A stretch of 64,000 bases of DNA from an uncultured delta proteobacterium (GCA_963745835.1 CAVUZH010000024.1:288001-352000), one strand, 5' to 3'. Positions 31,760 through 42,256 are shown, numbered from the stretch's first letter. Numbers and translations are program-made. The notes: generated from the sequence alone by a model not told the origin.

Positions 31760-32042
31760 GACGTGACTCTATCAGCTTGCCCTCGAAACTTCTTGCAGGC
31801 TGCTTATTAAAATAAATCCTGTTCACGTCGTGAAAACGTGATCGGCAATTACCAAACGCGACCAAATAGCACGATCCGCACATTGACACTCGATTTGCCT
31901 ATCATATAGGTTCTATATAACGACGGTTTGCTGAAGTACTCTGGCTACACGCCGACTCATGAATTTGCTTTACACAGCTCGAACGGCTCAAATGTTTGGA
32001 ACGGCTTGAACAAGTCCATTTAAAAGCAACGCGCACAAAGTC

Positions 32043-32327
32043 ATGACCACAAACTTAATCGGTTGGATCTTCGGCATAGCTGTTTTGGTAGCCGGAGTAG
32101 TGAATACGTTTTGGGGGAACGACCCCGAATTTGGAGTTTTTATTCTCCTTCTTTCTTTCGTTTACTTTCCTCCGACAAGTAAAATTCTCAGTGCCATTTA
32201 TAAGCAAGTGGTCGGTTCCCCAATCCCCAAAATAGGAAAGATCGTCTTGAGTATCTTTATTGTCTGGGCCACGTTAGGCGTAGGTGAATTGTTCGATAAG
32301 ATAGATCTCATGATACAGGATTTCTAA
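32043..32327 (+). CDS. Small AT-rich membrane protein
   Basis: Three hydrophobic segments; visibly lower GC than its neighbours. Confidence 0.7.
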   Translation: MTTNLIGWIFGIAVLVAGVVNTFWGNDPEFGVFILLLSFVYFPPTSKILSAIYKQVVGSPIPKIGKIVLSIFIVWATLGVGELFDKIDLMIQDF

Positions 32328-32448
32328 TGCATTTTTTTTCTTAATCGAAAAATCGCCTAACAGGTTTGAGCGCAACGACACATAAGAGTTTTGTCAAAGC
32401 CTGTTTCTTATCGAACCAATCTCAGTCGAAATACCAGGAGACACAATC

Positions 32449-33816
32449 ATGAAAGCCGAAAACAAAATCTGGCAGGCGCCTGAATTCATCTCACGAGAAC
32501 AGTGCATCAGGGACACCGAGGAAGTTCTTGGCATGCCCGATATCCACACCAAACAAACCGAAGATATTTTTCGTGTCAAAGTTCTGGGCATGGATTGGGA
32601 TATCGGCATGGTCATCCATGAACCGGAGGACTCAAGCAGGATCCCGATTGGCGCCGACGGCAAAAAGGCCGGCTTCTTCTTGCTTCATGGTGGCTCGAGC
32701 GACTTCAAAGGCATCGAGCGTCATGCCAAGCTGCTCGCCAGCAAGTTCGGCTTCAGAGTGATGGCCGGCACCTTTCCCGGCAGATTCTACTTCCCCGATC
32801 CGACCCGAGATTGGCCCGACGATACGATCCACGCCGACGGCACCGTGCGCACGCCCATCTGGAAACAAGGCGAGCTGATCACGCCGGACCAGTACGACGT
32901 CGTCAAGGATCCGTCCAAGCGCAATCGTTACGGCACCCGCACCCTTGCGCGTGCCAAGCCGGATAGCAATTTCTGGTATCGGATGGCCGCCTGGCCGGCG
33001 GCTTTTGAAGAAGGGATGATCGAAGCTTGCCGGCGCCATTTTCCCGAAAAGGAATTTTCGATCTATGGGCAGGGCCACTCCACCGGCGGCCCGTTCATCT
33101 GCATGCTCTCGCAGCGCATTCCCAACATGGCAGGCGTCTGCGCTACAGAGCATTCGCCGTTCGGCTATCTCTGTTGCGAGCGCGACAAGTGGGGCGGCGA
33201 CATGGGAAAGATCACCGGCTACGAAAAAGTTGAAAAGAAGGGCCAGGGCCGGACCGATCCGTTCAACGAGCTTTACATCCGCACCTGGCGCGATCTCGCG
33301 CGTTATCAGGGGCCCGAAGCATTGGGACAGGAAGGCCCCGCGGCTCTCATGCGCTTGCCTGCGATCATGGAAGATATTTTCGACGCTTGGGAGAAAGCCA
33401 AGTCGCGACCGCAATTCAAAGCCGAATACATCGTCACGCATGCGATCACCGATTCACTGGCCGAAGGAGCACGGGTCAGTGCCGCGCGGCTGAAGATGAA
33501 CAAAGAAGAAACCGAAGCGCTGGTGCAACGATTCGTCGGTTACACGCGCGAGCTTACCGGTCCGAACGTAAAGCCGGTGCCGCCTTTTCTCTTCGAAATA
33601 TCCAAAGACAGCCGCGATCACAGCCCGGAGGTTTACAACGAGGTGATCATCCCCGGCTTTCGTGCGATGAAACCAGCGCCGAAGATCGCCATCACCCGTT
33701 TCGGCGCCGGCGTGCACAGTTTCTGGAAAGCGGAAAAAGATTTGCCCGTCGGCATCGTGCCGTCGGTGATCAAGTCATGGAAGGAAGCAGTCATGAACGG
33801 ATACTTTGTTCCTTAG
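32449..33816 (+). CDS. Alpha/beta-hydrolase-like hypothetical protein
   Basis: LLHGGSSD and GHSTGG nucleophile elbow; AGGAG RBS. Confidence 0.7.
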   Translation: MKAENKIWQAPEFISREQCIRDTEEVLGMPDIHTKQTEDIFRVKVLGMDWDIGMVIHEPEDSSRIPIGADGKKAGFFLLHGGSSDFKGIERHAKLLASKFGFRVMAGTFPGRFYFPDPTRDWPDDTIHADGTVRTPIWKQGELITPDQYDVVKDPSKRNRYGTRTLARAKPDSNFWYRMAAWPAAFEEGMIEACRRHFPEKEFSIYGQGHSTGGPFICMLSQRIPNMAGVCATEHSPFGYLCCERDKWGGDMGKITGYEKVEKKGQGRTDPFNELYIRTWRDLARYQGPEALGQEGPAALMRLPAIMEDIFDAWEKAKSRPQFKAEYIVTHAITDSLAEGARVSAARLKMNKEETEALVQRFVGYTRELTGPNVKPVPPFLFEISKDSRDHSPEVYNEVIIPGFRAMKPAPKIAITRFGAGVHSFWKAEKDLPVGIVPSVIKSWKEAVMNGYFVP

Positions 33817-33949
33817 AGACAAATTGCTTAAGAAGCACCGTCCTTGCGCTTACGGGCTATGTAACTTCAACCGTATTGTTTCCATCGTAAGCGTCTCTTG
33901 TTGAATACGAACCGAGCGGCTTGCAACCAGTCCGCTGCCCGATTATTCT

Positions 33950-34282
33950 TTGCGCATGTTAAACGAATCGAAGGCACTGTCTTATGACGAGCTCCGTGAA
34001 CGGCTACGTCCGTTTTGCGAGAAACATCGCCTACGCCGACTAGAGGTTTTCGGTTCGACCGCGGCTGGCCTCGCGACATCAGGCAGCGACGTGGACCTGC
34101 TGGTGACGCTCGACGAAACGATTCCGGTGTCCACCTCCGAGCTGCTGGAAATGGCAGGCGAGGCCGAGGAGTTGCTCGGCCGCGCGGTGGATTTTGTCCT
34201 ACGTCCATCCTTAGAGAAGTCGCCGAACCACTTTGCGCGCGAGCACATTCTGGCTACCGCCGTGTGCTTATATGGAAACTGA
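33950..34282 (+). CDS. MNT nucleotidyltransferase (antitoxin of a HEPN/MNT pair)
   Basis: VFGSTAAG...SDVDLLV (GS..DxD). Confidence 0.85.
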   Translation: MRMLNESKALSYDELRERLRPFCEKHRLRRLEVFGSTAAGLATSGSDVDLLVTLDETIPVSTSELLEMAGEAEELLGRAVDFVLRPSLEKSPNHFAREHILATAVCLYGN

Positions 34283-34613
34283 TCAACTCGGCCGGCTGCG
34301 CGATATCTTGGAAGCCGCGCGGCTCATCGGCACATACGTCAAAAACACCACGGAAAGCGATTTCTACGCCGACAAGCAGAAACAAGACGCCGTCATCCGG
34401 CGTATTGAAATTATCGGTGAAGCCGCGGCGCACGTGACTGCGGCGAGCCGACAGGCCGTCCCAGAACTCGCCTTTAGGAAAATGCGCGGCATGCGCAATA
34501 TCGTTGCCCATGACTATGCCAACGTGGAGTTGAGGATCGTGTGGGAAGTCGCTACCGTGTATGTACCGGAGATTTGCACTGCCTTGGAGAAGTTTTTCGC
34601 TCGCCAGAAATGA
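34272..34613 (+). CDS. HEPN/DUF86 ribonuclease toxin (HepT-like)
   Basis: IEIIGEAA and MRNIVAHDY (RxxxxH); overlaps the MNT gene. Confidence 0.9.
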   Translation: METDQLGRLRDILEAARLIGTYVKNTTESDFYADKQKQDAVIRRIEIIGEAAAHVTAASRQAVPELAFRKMRGMRNIVAHDYANVELRIVWEVATVYVPEICTALEKFFARQK

Positions 34614-34653
34614 ATCCCCCGCTTTCGCACTTGAGTGACAGCCGCTCGGTCAT

Positions 34654-34818
34654 ATCCCCGGCTTTCGTGCGATGAAACCAGCGCCAAAGATCGCCATCAC
34701 GCGGTTCGGCGCCGGCGTGCACAGTTTCTGGAAAGCGGAGAAAGATCTGCCGGCAGGCATCGTGCCGTCGGTGATCAAATCGTGGAACGAAGCCGTGATG
34801 AACGGGTATTTTGTGTAG
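34654..34818 (+). repeat. Partial duplicate of the 3' end of gene 32449-33816 (copy 1)
   Basis: Near-identical to about 33649-33816 (ATCCCCGGCTTTCGTGCGATGAAACCAGCGCC...ATGAACGGGTATTTTGT). Confidence 0.9.
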
Positions 34819-35070
34819 GAGTCAAAGGCGCGAAGCGCAAGATCTGTTAACCGGCTCCTTAATCTATTCCTGGCGTTTTTCCTAGCGAATAGGTAATCGT
34901 CGCTAGATTTTAGGTCTGCTCATGCATGCGAGAAGCTTGAGCCGTAAGTATCTTCATGCATAAGCCGTGGCTTTATCGCTGGATTCCATGAATCTGTTAT
35001 TGAACCCTTCCCACAAAGCCGAGTGCTATGTTCGCGAATTATAGTACCCTGCAGTTCGGTCTAACGCTTA

Positions 35071-35099
35071 TTGACCACTATCTCAAATCGAGATATCCT
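35071..35099 (+). promoter_or_regulatory. Sigma-70 promoter of higBA with an overlapping operator palindrome
   Basis: TTGACC-17 nt-TATCCT; palindrome TATCTC-AAATC-GAGATA at 35079-35095. Confidence 0.7.
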
Positions 35100-35101
35100 G
35101 C

Positions 35102-35395
35102 TTGTGTTTGCATGTCATCACGCGAAGACGGTTGATCGAGTTCGGTCACGAGCATCCCGATGCGCGGGTTCCGCTAAACCATTGGTACACCATCGTTAGC
35201 AAAACGGACTATGCCTCTTTGGTGGAATTGAGGATCACGTTTCCCTCCGCAGACCAAGTAGGAAAATTTACCGTGTTCAACATCGCGGGTAATAAATATC
35301 GCTTGATTGCTGCGATTCACTACAACCGGAAAAAGGTCTATATCCGGCATGTGCTTACTCATGCGGAGTACAGTCGGCGGCGTTGGAGGAAATAG
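35102..35395 (+). CDS. higB: HigB-family toxin (mRNA interferase)
   Basis: FPSADQV, TVFNIAGNKYRLI and VLTHAEY motifs. Confidence 0.9.
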   Translation: MCLHVITRRRLIEFGHEHPDARVPLNHWYTIVSKTDYASLVELRITFPSADQVGKFTVFNIAGNKYRLIAAIHYNRKKVYIRHVLTHAEYSRRRWRK

Positions 35396-35396
35396 C

Positions 35397-35861
35397 ATGT
35401 CTGCCATCCTTGTCCGTGAAACCCACGCTGCCTATCAGCGGCTTCGTCGATTCGTTCCGCTAGGCGTGCTGCGCTCCGAGAAGGACTATCGAAAGGCTAT
35501 GGCAATGCTCGATGAGATAATCGATGACATCGGCCAAGACGAAGCTCATCCTTTGGCCGATTTGGCTGAAGCGCTCGCCCTTTTCATCCACTCTTATGAA
35601 GAGACCCATGCCAAAATCCGCGAGTCAACGGGTCCGGAAGTTTTACGACTACTTATGGAAGAGCACGGCTTAACACAGTCAGAACTGCCGGAGATCGGAA
35701 GCCAGGGAGTCGTATCAGAAATTCTCTCCGGTGAACGCGAACTCAACATTCGACAGATCCGCCACCTGTCTAAACGATTCGGAGTCTCCCCTGCAGTCTT
35801 CATCGGGACCACAGCCCGGAACACTATGAAGAGGCGACCACGCCGGGGGTCCGAAATTTGA
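35397..35861 (+). CDS. higA: HigA-family antitoxin (HTH)
   Basis: LMEEHGLTQSELPEIGSQGVVSEILSGERELN. Confidence 0.9.
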   Translation: MSAILVRETHAAYQRLRRFVPLGVLRSEKDYRKAMAMLDEIIDDIGQDEAHPLADLAEALALFIHSYEETHAKIRESTGPEVLRLLMEEHGLTQSELPEIGSQGVVSEILSGERELNIRQIRHLSKRFGVSPAVFIGTTARNTMKRRPRRGSEI

Positions 35862-35865
35862 ACAG

Positions 35866-36007
35866 CCAGCCGAAGATCGCCATCACCCGTTTCGGCGCCG
35901 GCGTGCATAGTTTCTGGAAGGCGGAAAAAGATTTGCCGGTCGGCATCGTGCCGTCGGTGATCAAGTCATGGAAGGAAGCAGTCATGAACGGATACTTTGT
36001 TTCCTAG
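35866..36007 (+). repeat. Partial duplicate of the 3' end of gene 32449-33816 (copy 2)
   Basis: CCGAAGATCGCCATCACCCGTTTCGGCGCC...ATGAACGGATACTTTGTT, near-identical to about 33679-33816. Confidence 0.9.
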
Positions 36008-36021
36008 AGCGGAGTTAAGCG

Positions 36022-36751
36022 GTGGCAGAGAATCCGGTCAGATTGAAATACATCGAGTCAGACAACTTCTCGCCCGGCGGCGGAGTGACCGGCGTGAATA
36101 ACACCAAGATCACGGCAAAGGTGAAGAACATCGCCTTCGCCAAGGATGTGGCGATTCATTATGCCCAAGCCGATGGGGCATGGAGTGAACGGACATTATC
36201 ATGGCAGAAGAATTTCACCGGTTACGATCTGTTCAGCCGAAACGACAACACCTTCTCCACCACCGAGTTCGTCATCCGCTACACTGTCAGCGGCCAGACA
36301 TTCTGGGACAATAACGGCGGAGCGAATTATCATGTGGACTCGGCGCGGCCGAATACGGTCGGTGGGATTGTGATCCTGAACAAGGCGGTTGCGCGGCGAG
36401 GCTCTCAGGCGGGCGGTGGGTTCGTCTTCACCACCTCGTGGGTAGAGGGGGAAATCTTCGTCAAGAATTTATCCTCCCAAAAACACGTGGGCATCCGGCT
36501 TTCGTCTAACGGAGGTGCGAGCTTTCACGATACGAATGCATCGTTTAGCGGTAACGTTCCTGTGGCTGTAGGGCTGTCGCAGGTGGAGATCTGGAAGTTC
36601 AAGACGCCGGAATTAAATCTGGATCAAAGCACTCCCAATTTCAGGTTTGCCGATATTCTACAATAATCTAGATAGCGGCCAGTGGTTTTGGGACAACAAC
36701 TTTGGCCAGGATTATTCGCTGAGCAAAACCGACCTCGCCACTATTGAATAA
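36022..36751 (+). CDS. Tandem CBM21-like (starch/carbohydrate-binding) domain protein; frameshift near 36650
   Basis: VKNIAFAKDVAIHY...FWDNNGGANY and a second VKNLSSQKHVGIR...WDNNFGQDY (the last part in a shifted frame). Confidence 0.7.
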
Positions 36752-36781
36752 GCGGACAGACCTAGTAGCAACTATCGATTG

Positions 36782-36928
36782 CCGATTTACCGGCCGAAGC
36801 TGCGGGTTAGCGCGGCGCGATTGAAGATGAAAAAGGAAGAAGAAACCGAGGCTGACGCAGTGGTCCCGGGTTACTCGCGGAGGTTACGGGGCCGGAGGTG
36901 AAGCCAGTGCCGCCTTTTCTTTTTCGAC
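36782..36928 (+). repeat. Degenerate duplicate of about 33450-33596 of the hydrolase gene (copy 3)
   Basis: TGAAGATGAA...GAAGAAACCGA...AAGCCAGTGCCGCCTTTTCT similarity. Confidence 0.75.
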
Positions 36929-36945
36929 TTCGGTGGTGAGGACAC

Positions 36946-37248
36946 ATGCGCGAGTACGGAAAGAACACGACATGTATACAGGTCCGTGTTGGGGAACGCT
37001 TCGTGCTGGCGCTTCCCGCGGTTGCAACCGGCGGCTTCACATGGCTGATGGACCGAGAGCCCGAAGTCGCCGTACTCACGGAGGAGCGGATCCGGCCCGG
37101 TGGTCCTGGCATTGGCGCATCCTCCGTCCAGGAATTCGAGTTTGCTGGCATGCACGCTGGAGTCAGCACCTTGGTTTTGGAATACAAGCGGCCCTGGGAA
37201 AACGTGAAGGGAGAGCGGCTCGAAATAAAAATCGTAGTGGAGCCGTGA
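36946..37248 (+). CDS. Chagasin/ICP (I42) cysteine-protease inhibitor family protein
   Basis: ATGGFTW, PGIGASS and YKRPWE loops typical of I42. Confidence 0.8.
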   Translation: MREYGKNTTCIQVRVGERFVLALPAVATGGFTWLMDREPEVAVLTEERIRPGGPGIGASSVQEFEFAGMHAGVSTLVLEYKRPWENVKGERLEIKIVVEP

Positions 37249-37336
37249 ACCATGTAATCGCGGGCAGCCGGTAGCTAGCCGGCCGCCCCTCGCTTCAAAC
37301 CGTTGTGTTAGCGCGCGCTTCGGTTGCGCACAGCCC

Positions 37337-38119
37337 TCACCGCCGAGACGCACGCCGTTTGCGGCCGCCGTCTTCGGACTCGGTGTCGAACGCTCCTCTC
37401 GGCAGCGGCATGACCGCTTTGGCTTTGAGTTTCTGCTGAACCGCGGAGCAGGCCTCGCCGTCTTCATGGATTAAGCGTTCGAGATCCCGGAAGGGCAGGA
37501 AAAACTCGCCGGATTTGCCCCAATTATCACCCCACGAGTTGGAGCACAGCGCAAGCGCTCTTCGGGTATCGACACCGCGCCAGAGGTACGCATGGCCGCC
37601 GGCGACTGAGGCGTCCGCTGAGATCCGAACGATACCCTCGTTGTCGGGACGCTGAAAGCTCGAATACCAATTAGTGCCGAGCACGACCGGCCCCTCGGTG
37701 AGCACCCATTCGACCGCTGGCTGCAGCTCGAATGCCCATACATAGGATTTGAGCAAGCCAAAGCCGGTGACGGCCTCCGCGCCGGCGCGTATTGAGGTCC
37801 CGACATCGAGCCCGCTGTCACCGTCCGGAAGATTGGCCTCGTCATCGTTGTCCGTCCACGGGTCCTTCAAGACGGCCGAGCGGTAGATATCGAACGGGGA
37901 CGGGTCAGCTCTTACCGTCTGGATTGGCGCACAGCGAAGAAAGTTACGCCAAGCGTGTCCCACGCACGTCCCGGTATTGCCCTGATTGAGAGCAGTTTTA
38001 TTGATGCCCCACGTCTTACGCACAGGCAATGTGAGAGCTCGCGCATCGGGTAATAACCGGCGCATGAGGTAGTTGCGATCTCGAGGATCCGCTACGAATC
38101 GTCTTCCAAATCCCGGCAT
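37337..38119 (-). CDS. Papain-like (C1) cysteine peptidase
   Basis: DPRD pro-motif, QGNTGTCVGHA, GGHAY and NSWG catalytic motifs; AGGAGG RBS. Confidence 0.85.
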   Translation of the reverse strand: MPGFGRRFVADPRDRNYLMRRLLPDARALTLPVRKTWGINKTALNQGNTGTCVGHAWRNFLRCAPIQTVRADPSPFDIYRSAVLKDPWTDNDDEANLPDGDSGLDVGTSIRAGAEAVTGFGLLKSYVWAFELQPAVEWVLTEGPVVLGTNWYSSFQRPDNEGIVRISADASVAGGHAYLWRGVDTRRALALCSNSWGDNWGKSGEFFLPFRDLERLIHEDGEACSAVQQKLKAKAVMPLPRGAFDTESEDGGRKRRASRR

Positions 38120-38524
38120 AAATACACCTCCTTGTTTTCTCGACAATAATTGCGGCGGCCACTTTATCTAGTCAAACTTCCGACAAGCTATCTTTATCGA
38201 CTCAAGTCACAGCGCTACCTCCTTCTTACAATCCCTTGTTAACAAACGCTGTTGCGGCGGTACTGTACTCTGCCCGCGTCTCGCCGCCCTGAGGTCTCGG
38301 CGCTTCGTTAAAGCAGCTCTGGTGCCATCAGAACTTCTACAGACGAACACCCCCTCCTGGTTTTGGAGGACATTGAAAACATTGCTGATCCAGGTTCCTT
38401 GCGCTGTTAGGCCATGGGAAGAGATCTGCAACGCGTGTATACGGCGGTATACGCTCGTGGTCCTTGTTGGATGAGAAACAGTAACCACGTTGACAAGGAT
38501 ATTGATCGAATGGGGCGCCGCTTT

Positions 38525-38805
38525 GAGTGACGGAGGAGCGAATTATCACGTGGACTCGGCGCGGCCGAATACGGTCGGCCGGGATCGTGATCCTGAACAA
38601 GGCGAGGAAGAAGAACCCGAGGCTGGCGCATTGGTCCCAGGTTACTCGCGGAGGTTACGGGGCCGGAGGTGAAGCCGGTGCCGCCTTTTTTCTCCAAGGT
38701 ATCCGAAGACACTCTCGATCACAGCCCGGAATTTACAATGAGATATCATTCCCCGGCTTTGGTGATGAAATCCGCGTCTAAGTCGCCCTCATCCGTTTCG
38801 GTGTT
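38525..38805 (+). repeat. Chimeric remnant: copy of a CBM21 gene segment (about 36315-36385) fused to degenerate copy 4 of the hydrolase 3' region
   Basis: GGAGCGAATTATCAyGTGGACTCGGCGCGGCCGAATACGGTCGG, then GAAGCCGGTGCCGCCTTTT...GATCACAGCCCGGA...CCCCGGCTTT. Confidence 0.8.
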
Positions 38806-39635
38806 CAGTGCTATCCTGCGTGTGCAGAGCACGCTTGTCCGAATGAGTCAAAAAGCTTTTAAGTGCCTCAGGATCTTCTTGCAACGAAAATACCCTAGCC
38901 GGACAATCGGTGGTTGGACGGAGAGTGGTTGCGTCGTGGACGCCTCGGATTAAAAAACCAATATCTAATAGCCAGCGGCCTACGTCCGAAGGAAAGTAAG
39001 CCCGTTCGCGATGTGATTCTGTGATCGGCGCCGAAGATCGCGGAGAGTTTAAAGTCACTTTGATCGCCAGCATTCTTTGACGCGGCTGCCAGCCTATTCT
39101 CTGCGTGACGCGGCAGCCCTTTGATGCGAGTTCTCGAAACTGCGTCAACGCGCCTCCGAGAGGTTCGCAGGGCGTGATCAGATCAAAGATAAAATGGCCG
39201 CCATGCCGCAGATTTCCGGCGACGCGCCGGAGCGCCATGACAAAATCATCAGGGTTCAGCAAATGGTTCAGGGTATCGAAATTCGCCGTGATCAAATCGA
39301 CCGGAAAGGGTAATTGCAAATAGCGAATATCCTGTTGCAAGAAAGAAACCTGTGATGCGCGGCAGTTTCGCATCGCAATCCGCAGCATTTCCGCTGATCG
39401 ATCCACGCCAAACACCGGTACACCCCAACACTGACTCAAGTAGCGGGCAAAGAGCCCAGTGCCACAGCCGATGTCAGCAGCGGAACGAAACGAAATGCGT
39501 GTATCGTTTCACTAGCGCTTCGAAAGCAGCGCGCGTGCCGATGAAGTTAGGAATTCCAAGAGCACGATCATAAGCCGGCGCGAGCCGGCTGTAAGCCCGC
39601 GCGAAACGTTGCGTGGCATTAATCGTGTCGATCAT
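38789..39635 (-). CDS. Class I SAM-dependent methyltransferase; frameshift near 39500
   Basis: YSRLAPAYD N-terminus; ADIGCGTG motif I; GVDRSAEML; NFDTLNHL. Confidence 0.8.
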
Positions 39636-39675
39636 ATCCGCGGCTGCCGTACAAAAAATCTGATCTCCTTAGCCG

Positions 39676-40124
39676 TTAGATATCGATTAACCTCCACCAC
39701 TGACGCAAAGAACTATCGTTAACCAGCCATGTAGTACCAGGCCTTCGATAGTTAAGACCGGCGACAATGTTTATAGGATCGTTATCAAAGAGCTTCTGGT
39801 CAAGCATTTCCTGGTGCCACTTTTGGAGCTCCATCTGCAGCTTTTGAACCAACATCCGTGCAGTTCGTTTGTCCATCCACCTTCCATAAGCATTTTCCAC
39901 TGCACGGAGAAACTCATCAAAAGAACGGCGAAATCTAACCTTCAGATTTAGGTCGCAACTCACGGAGCGCTTATCGGGAGCACCACAGAACCGCCGATGG
40001 CCATCCTTCGCGATCCAACCCTCTTTCGGTGGCCGTTGGGCCGGTGGTTTCGGCGGCGGTTTGGGCGTCGGTGCGGCCGGTCGCGGTTTGAAAACTTCTC
40101 CCAAGGCATTTTCAAAAAGTACAT
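39676..40124 (-). CDS. Hypothetical putative cargo protein with leader MYF(F)ENALGE (homopolymer frameshift after codon 3)
   Basis: GGAGGA RBS plus ATG at 40124; adding one T joins it to ORF 39676-40104; Pro-rich linker. Confidence 0.6.
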
Positions 40125-40179
40125 GGTTTCATCCTCCAGCAGGCTCAGCGTAACCGCCTGATTCGACGGATGTGCCTTC

Positions 40180-41284
40180 TCCTAAGTCTCGTCTGCATGC
40201 CAATGATTGCGCCCTCTTGATTGTCAGCGCCGGCTTCGGAAGAAGAAATGCGCAGCTGTCCCCGATTGTCTACCCAGAGATAATAGGTCGGTGCCATTTT
40301 CATCATAGAGAACCAGCATACCCGGACGCCGAGGAATCCCGGCGTTGCCTGTTCCACCCGGGTCGTGGCGGATGTCAACACGGCCGCGGTTTTGAAGTTC
40401 GCCGCCCAACTCAAGCAGGGAAGCGTTGCTCTCGAGCGGCGTTGCACTTGACCGATTACTACTTGATCGAGGTCGCCACTCAAGAAGGTCACCTTCTGGA
40501 AAGCGGCCAAGGTATGCGCATCCGCATAACGCTCAACGAGGTTGCCGATGGCGCTCGCCAGGTGCTCAATAAATGCCTCACGCTTTTCTTTTTGCTCCCG
40601 CGGCGATGGCGCGATCTCGATCTGGGTCGCATCGATGCCGTTCGGGTGCGAGCTCCCGTAGGTTCTTACGGTGTACCCTCCATCGACGCCCGGCGTTTCG
40701 GGGGTTTCTGGTTGCTTAGGCGACACGATGTAGCCGGCCGCCTCTGGCCCCAGTAGTCCACGCAGGCTGCGGCGCCGCCACAAAAGCTGCGGATCGATTT
40801 TCTGCAGACGCTCCACGGTCTTTCCATTATCCGTGCCCAGGTATAGATCAGCCGGATCAGTCTCTATCAACCCGGTCCCGTGGATATCGATGAGAAGACC
40901 CAGCCCGCCGTTTTCGGCCCGGATCTCGTTTACGAAGCTGCGTAACGTGCCGTGGTATTCGGCATAGAACGGCTCTGCCGCGGGAACCTCAAAGCCACAT
41001 TCCGCCGGCCGGTTTGAATCGATGTACTGCCGGTTGAATTCGGCGATCACAACGTAGGGCGCTTCTCCGTAGACTTCCAGCAGGCGCTGCGCAACGCCCT
41101 CGGTGATTTCGCGCGTGCGAAGATCGCGGCTGGTCTTGAATGGCGGGCAGTCGGAGTTCGATCCTGTTCGCTTGGGGACCTCCGGCGGCACCTTTTTGCC
41201 ATCGTGCGGGCAACTTATTATCACCGGCAATGTGCCGCGATGGCGACTGACGAGATTGGCCTCTTCGTAACGGATCGCCCACAT
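40180..41284 (-). CDS. N-formylglutamate amidohydrolase-like protein with a C-terminal beta-rich extension (frameshifted)
   Basis: ISCPHDG, RQYIDSNR, LIDIHG, GGYTVRTYG and QIEI motifs. Confidence 0.75.
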
Positions 41285-41288
41285 CGGT

Positions 41289-42080
41289 TCACCTCGGAGA
41301 GCCCCTAAAAACTTGCTGGAATTGGATGACTCGCGGTTTGGAGCGGAAGGTTTGCTCCAAAACTCCAATCGCTTGCAACGCCTCATGCGTTTTCTTCTGG
41401 TTCGTGAGCCGGCGTACGCCTTGAAAACCAGCGATGGTCCATCTTCTCTCGATGGCATTTATCAGCGGCGTGATTCTGCCGTCGAAGTAAGCATCCGCAA
41501 CTAAAGCTGGCGTGATAGTCTCAAGGAATTTCCGCGCCACGGGAATGTACTCCTTATAAGGCTGCCATGCAGCCCGCAGCGGCCGAATACATTGCGCCGA
41601 CTGAATGTCTTCTGTGACGATTTGGGTCATCCCTTCGAGCAAACCCTCTTCCAGCAAAGCATAAACCGTAGCTCTCAACGAATTCGATTTACCCGGCGGA
41701 TGTGAAAACAGATGAACCGCCTCGTGCAAGGCTAAGCCTGCTTTCGTCTGGTTGAAGTTTCGCGCGGGAAACTCGCGCAGGAAGATCGTGGCATTCCGAC
41801 GGTCGATAAAACCCTGGGCATGCGGCGGTGGCCGGCGAAAGATAGCGCTGTACGTTGTCGCAAACTCGCCGTCGGTGACGATGCGCATCGGCCGGGCTGG
41901 GAGGCTTTTCTGATGCGCTGCAAGGTTGCGTTGCAAGTAGCCTTGCCACGGCGAGGGACCTCCCAGAATTGCGAAGATATGCGGCGCATCGGCCTCGGTG
42001 ATGTTTCTTTCTGCCGAGTTGAACGGCGGCTGGAAATTGCACGCCGATAGCGGTTCCGCCAGCGTGGTCATAATGTACAT
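41289..42080 (-). CDS. Putative zinc metallopeptidase, leader MYIMTTLAEP
   Basis: HEAVH...LEEGLLEGMTQ (HExxH...E). Confidence 0.7.
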   Translation of the reverse strand: MYIMTTLAEPLSACNFQPPFNSAERNITEADAPHIFAILGGPSPWQGYLQRNLAAHQKSLPARPMRIVTDGEFATTYSAIFRRPPPHAQGFIDRRNATIFLREFPARNFNQTKAGLALHEAVHLFSHPPGKSNSLRATVYALLEEGLLEGMTQIVTEDIQSAQCIRPLRAAWQPYKEYIPVARKFLETITPALVADAYFDGRITPLINAIERRWTIAGFQGVRRLTNQKKTHEALQAIGVLEQTFRSKPRVIQFQQVFRGSPR

Positions 42081-42256
42081 GAGATCGCTCTATCCCGTCG
42101 GCCGTCAATATGCCTCTCCTGGCGCGGAACCGGACGCATTGACCGGCGAAGTGTCGTCGGTTCTTCGCCTGATACCGATATTGAAGAAACATTCACGCTG
42201 ACGTGGTGAATTCATAAAATTTGGCAAAACGATACTTCTTGTCGGTTGCTCGATGG

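Noticed and set aside
32043-32400. Integron gene cassette (AT-rich ORF followed by GCCTAAC)
   Set aside because: Only an R''-like core is present; no matching GTTRRRY end or attC stem was found
33650-38805. CRISPR array or integron as the explanation of the repeats
   Set aside because: The repeats are 140-200 bp coding-gene fragments separated by whole genes; no cas genes, intI or attC palindromes were seen
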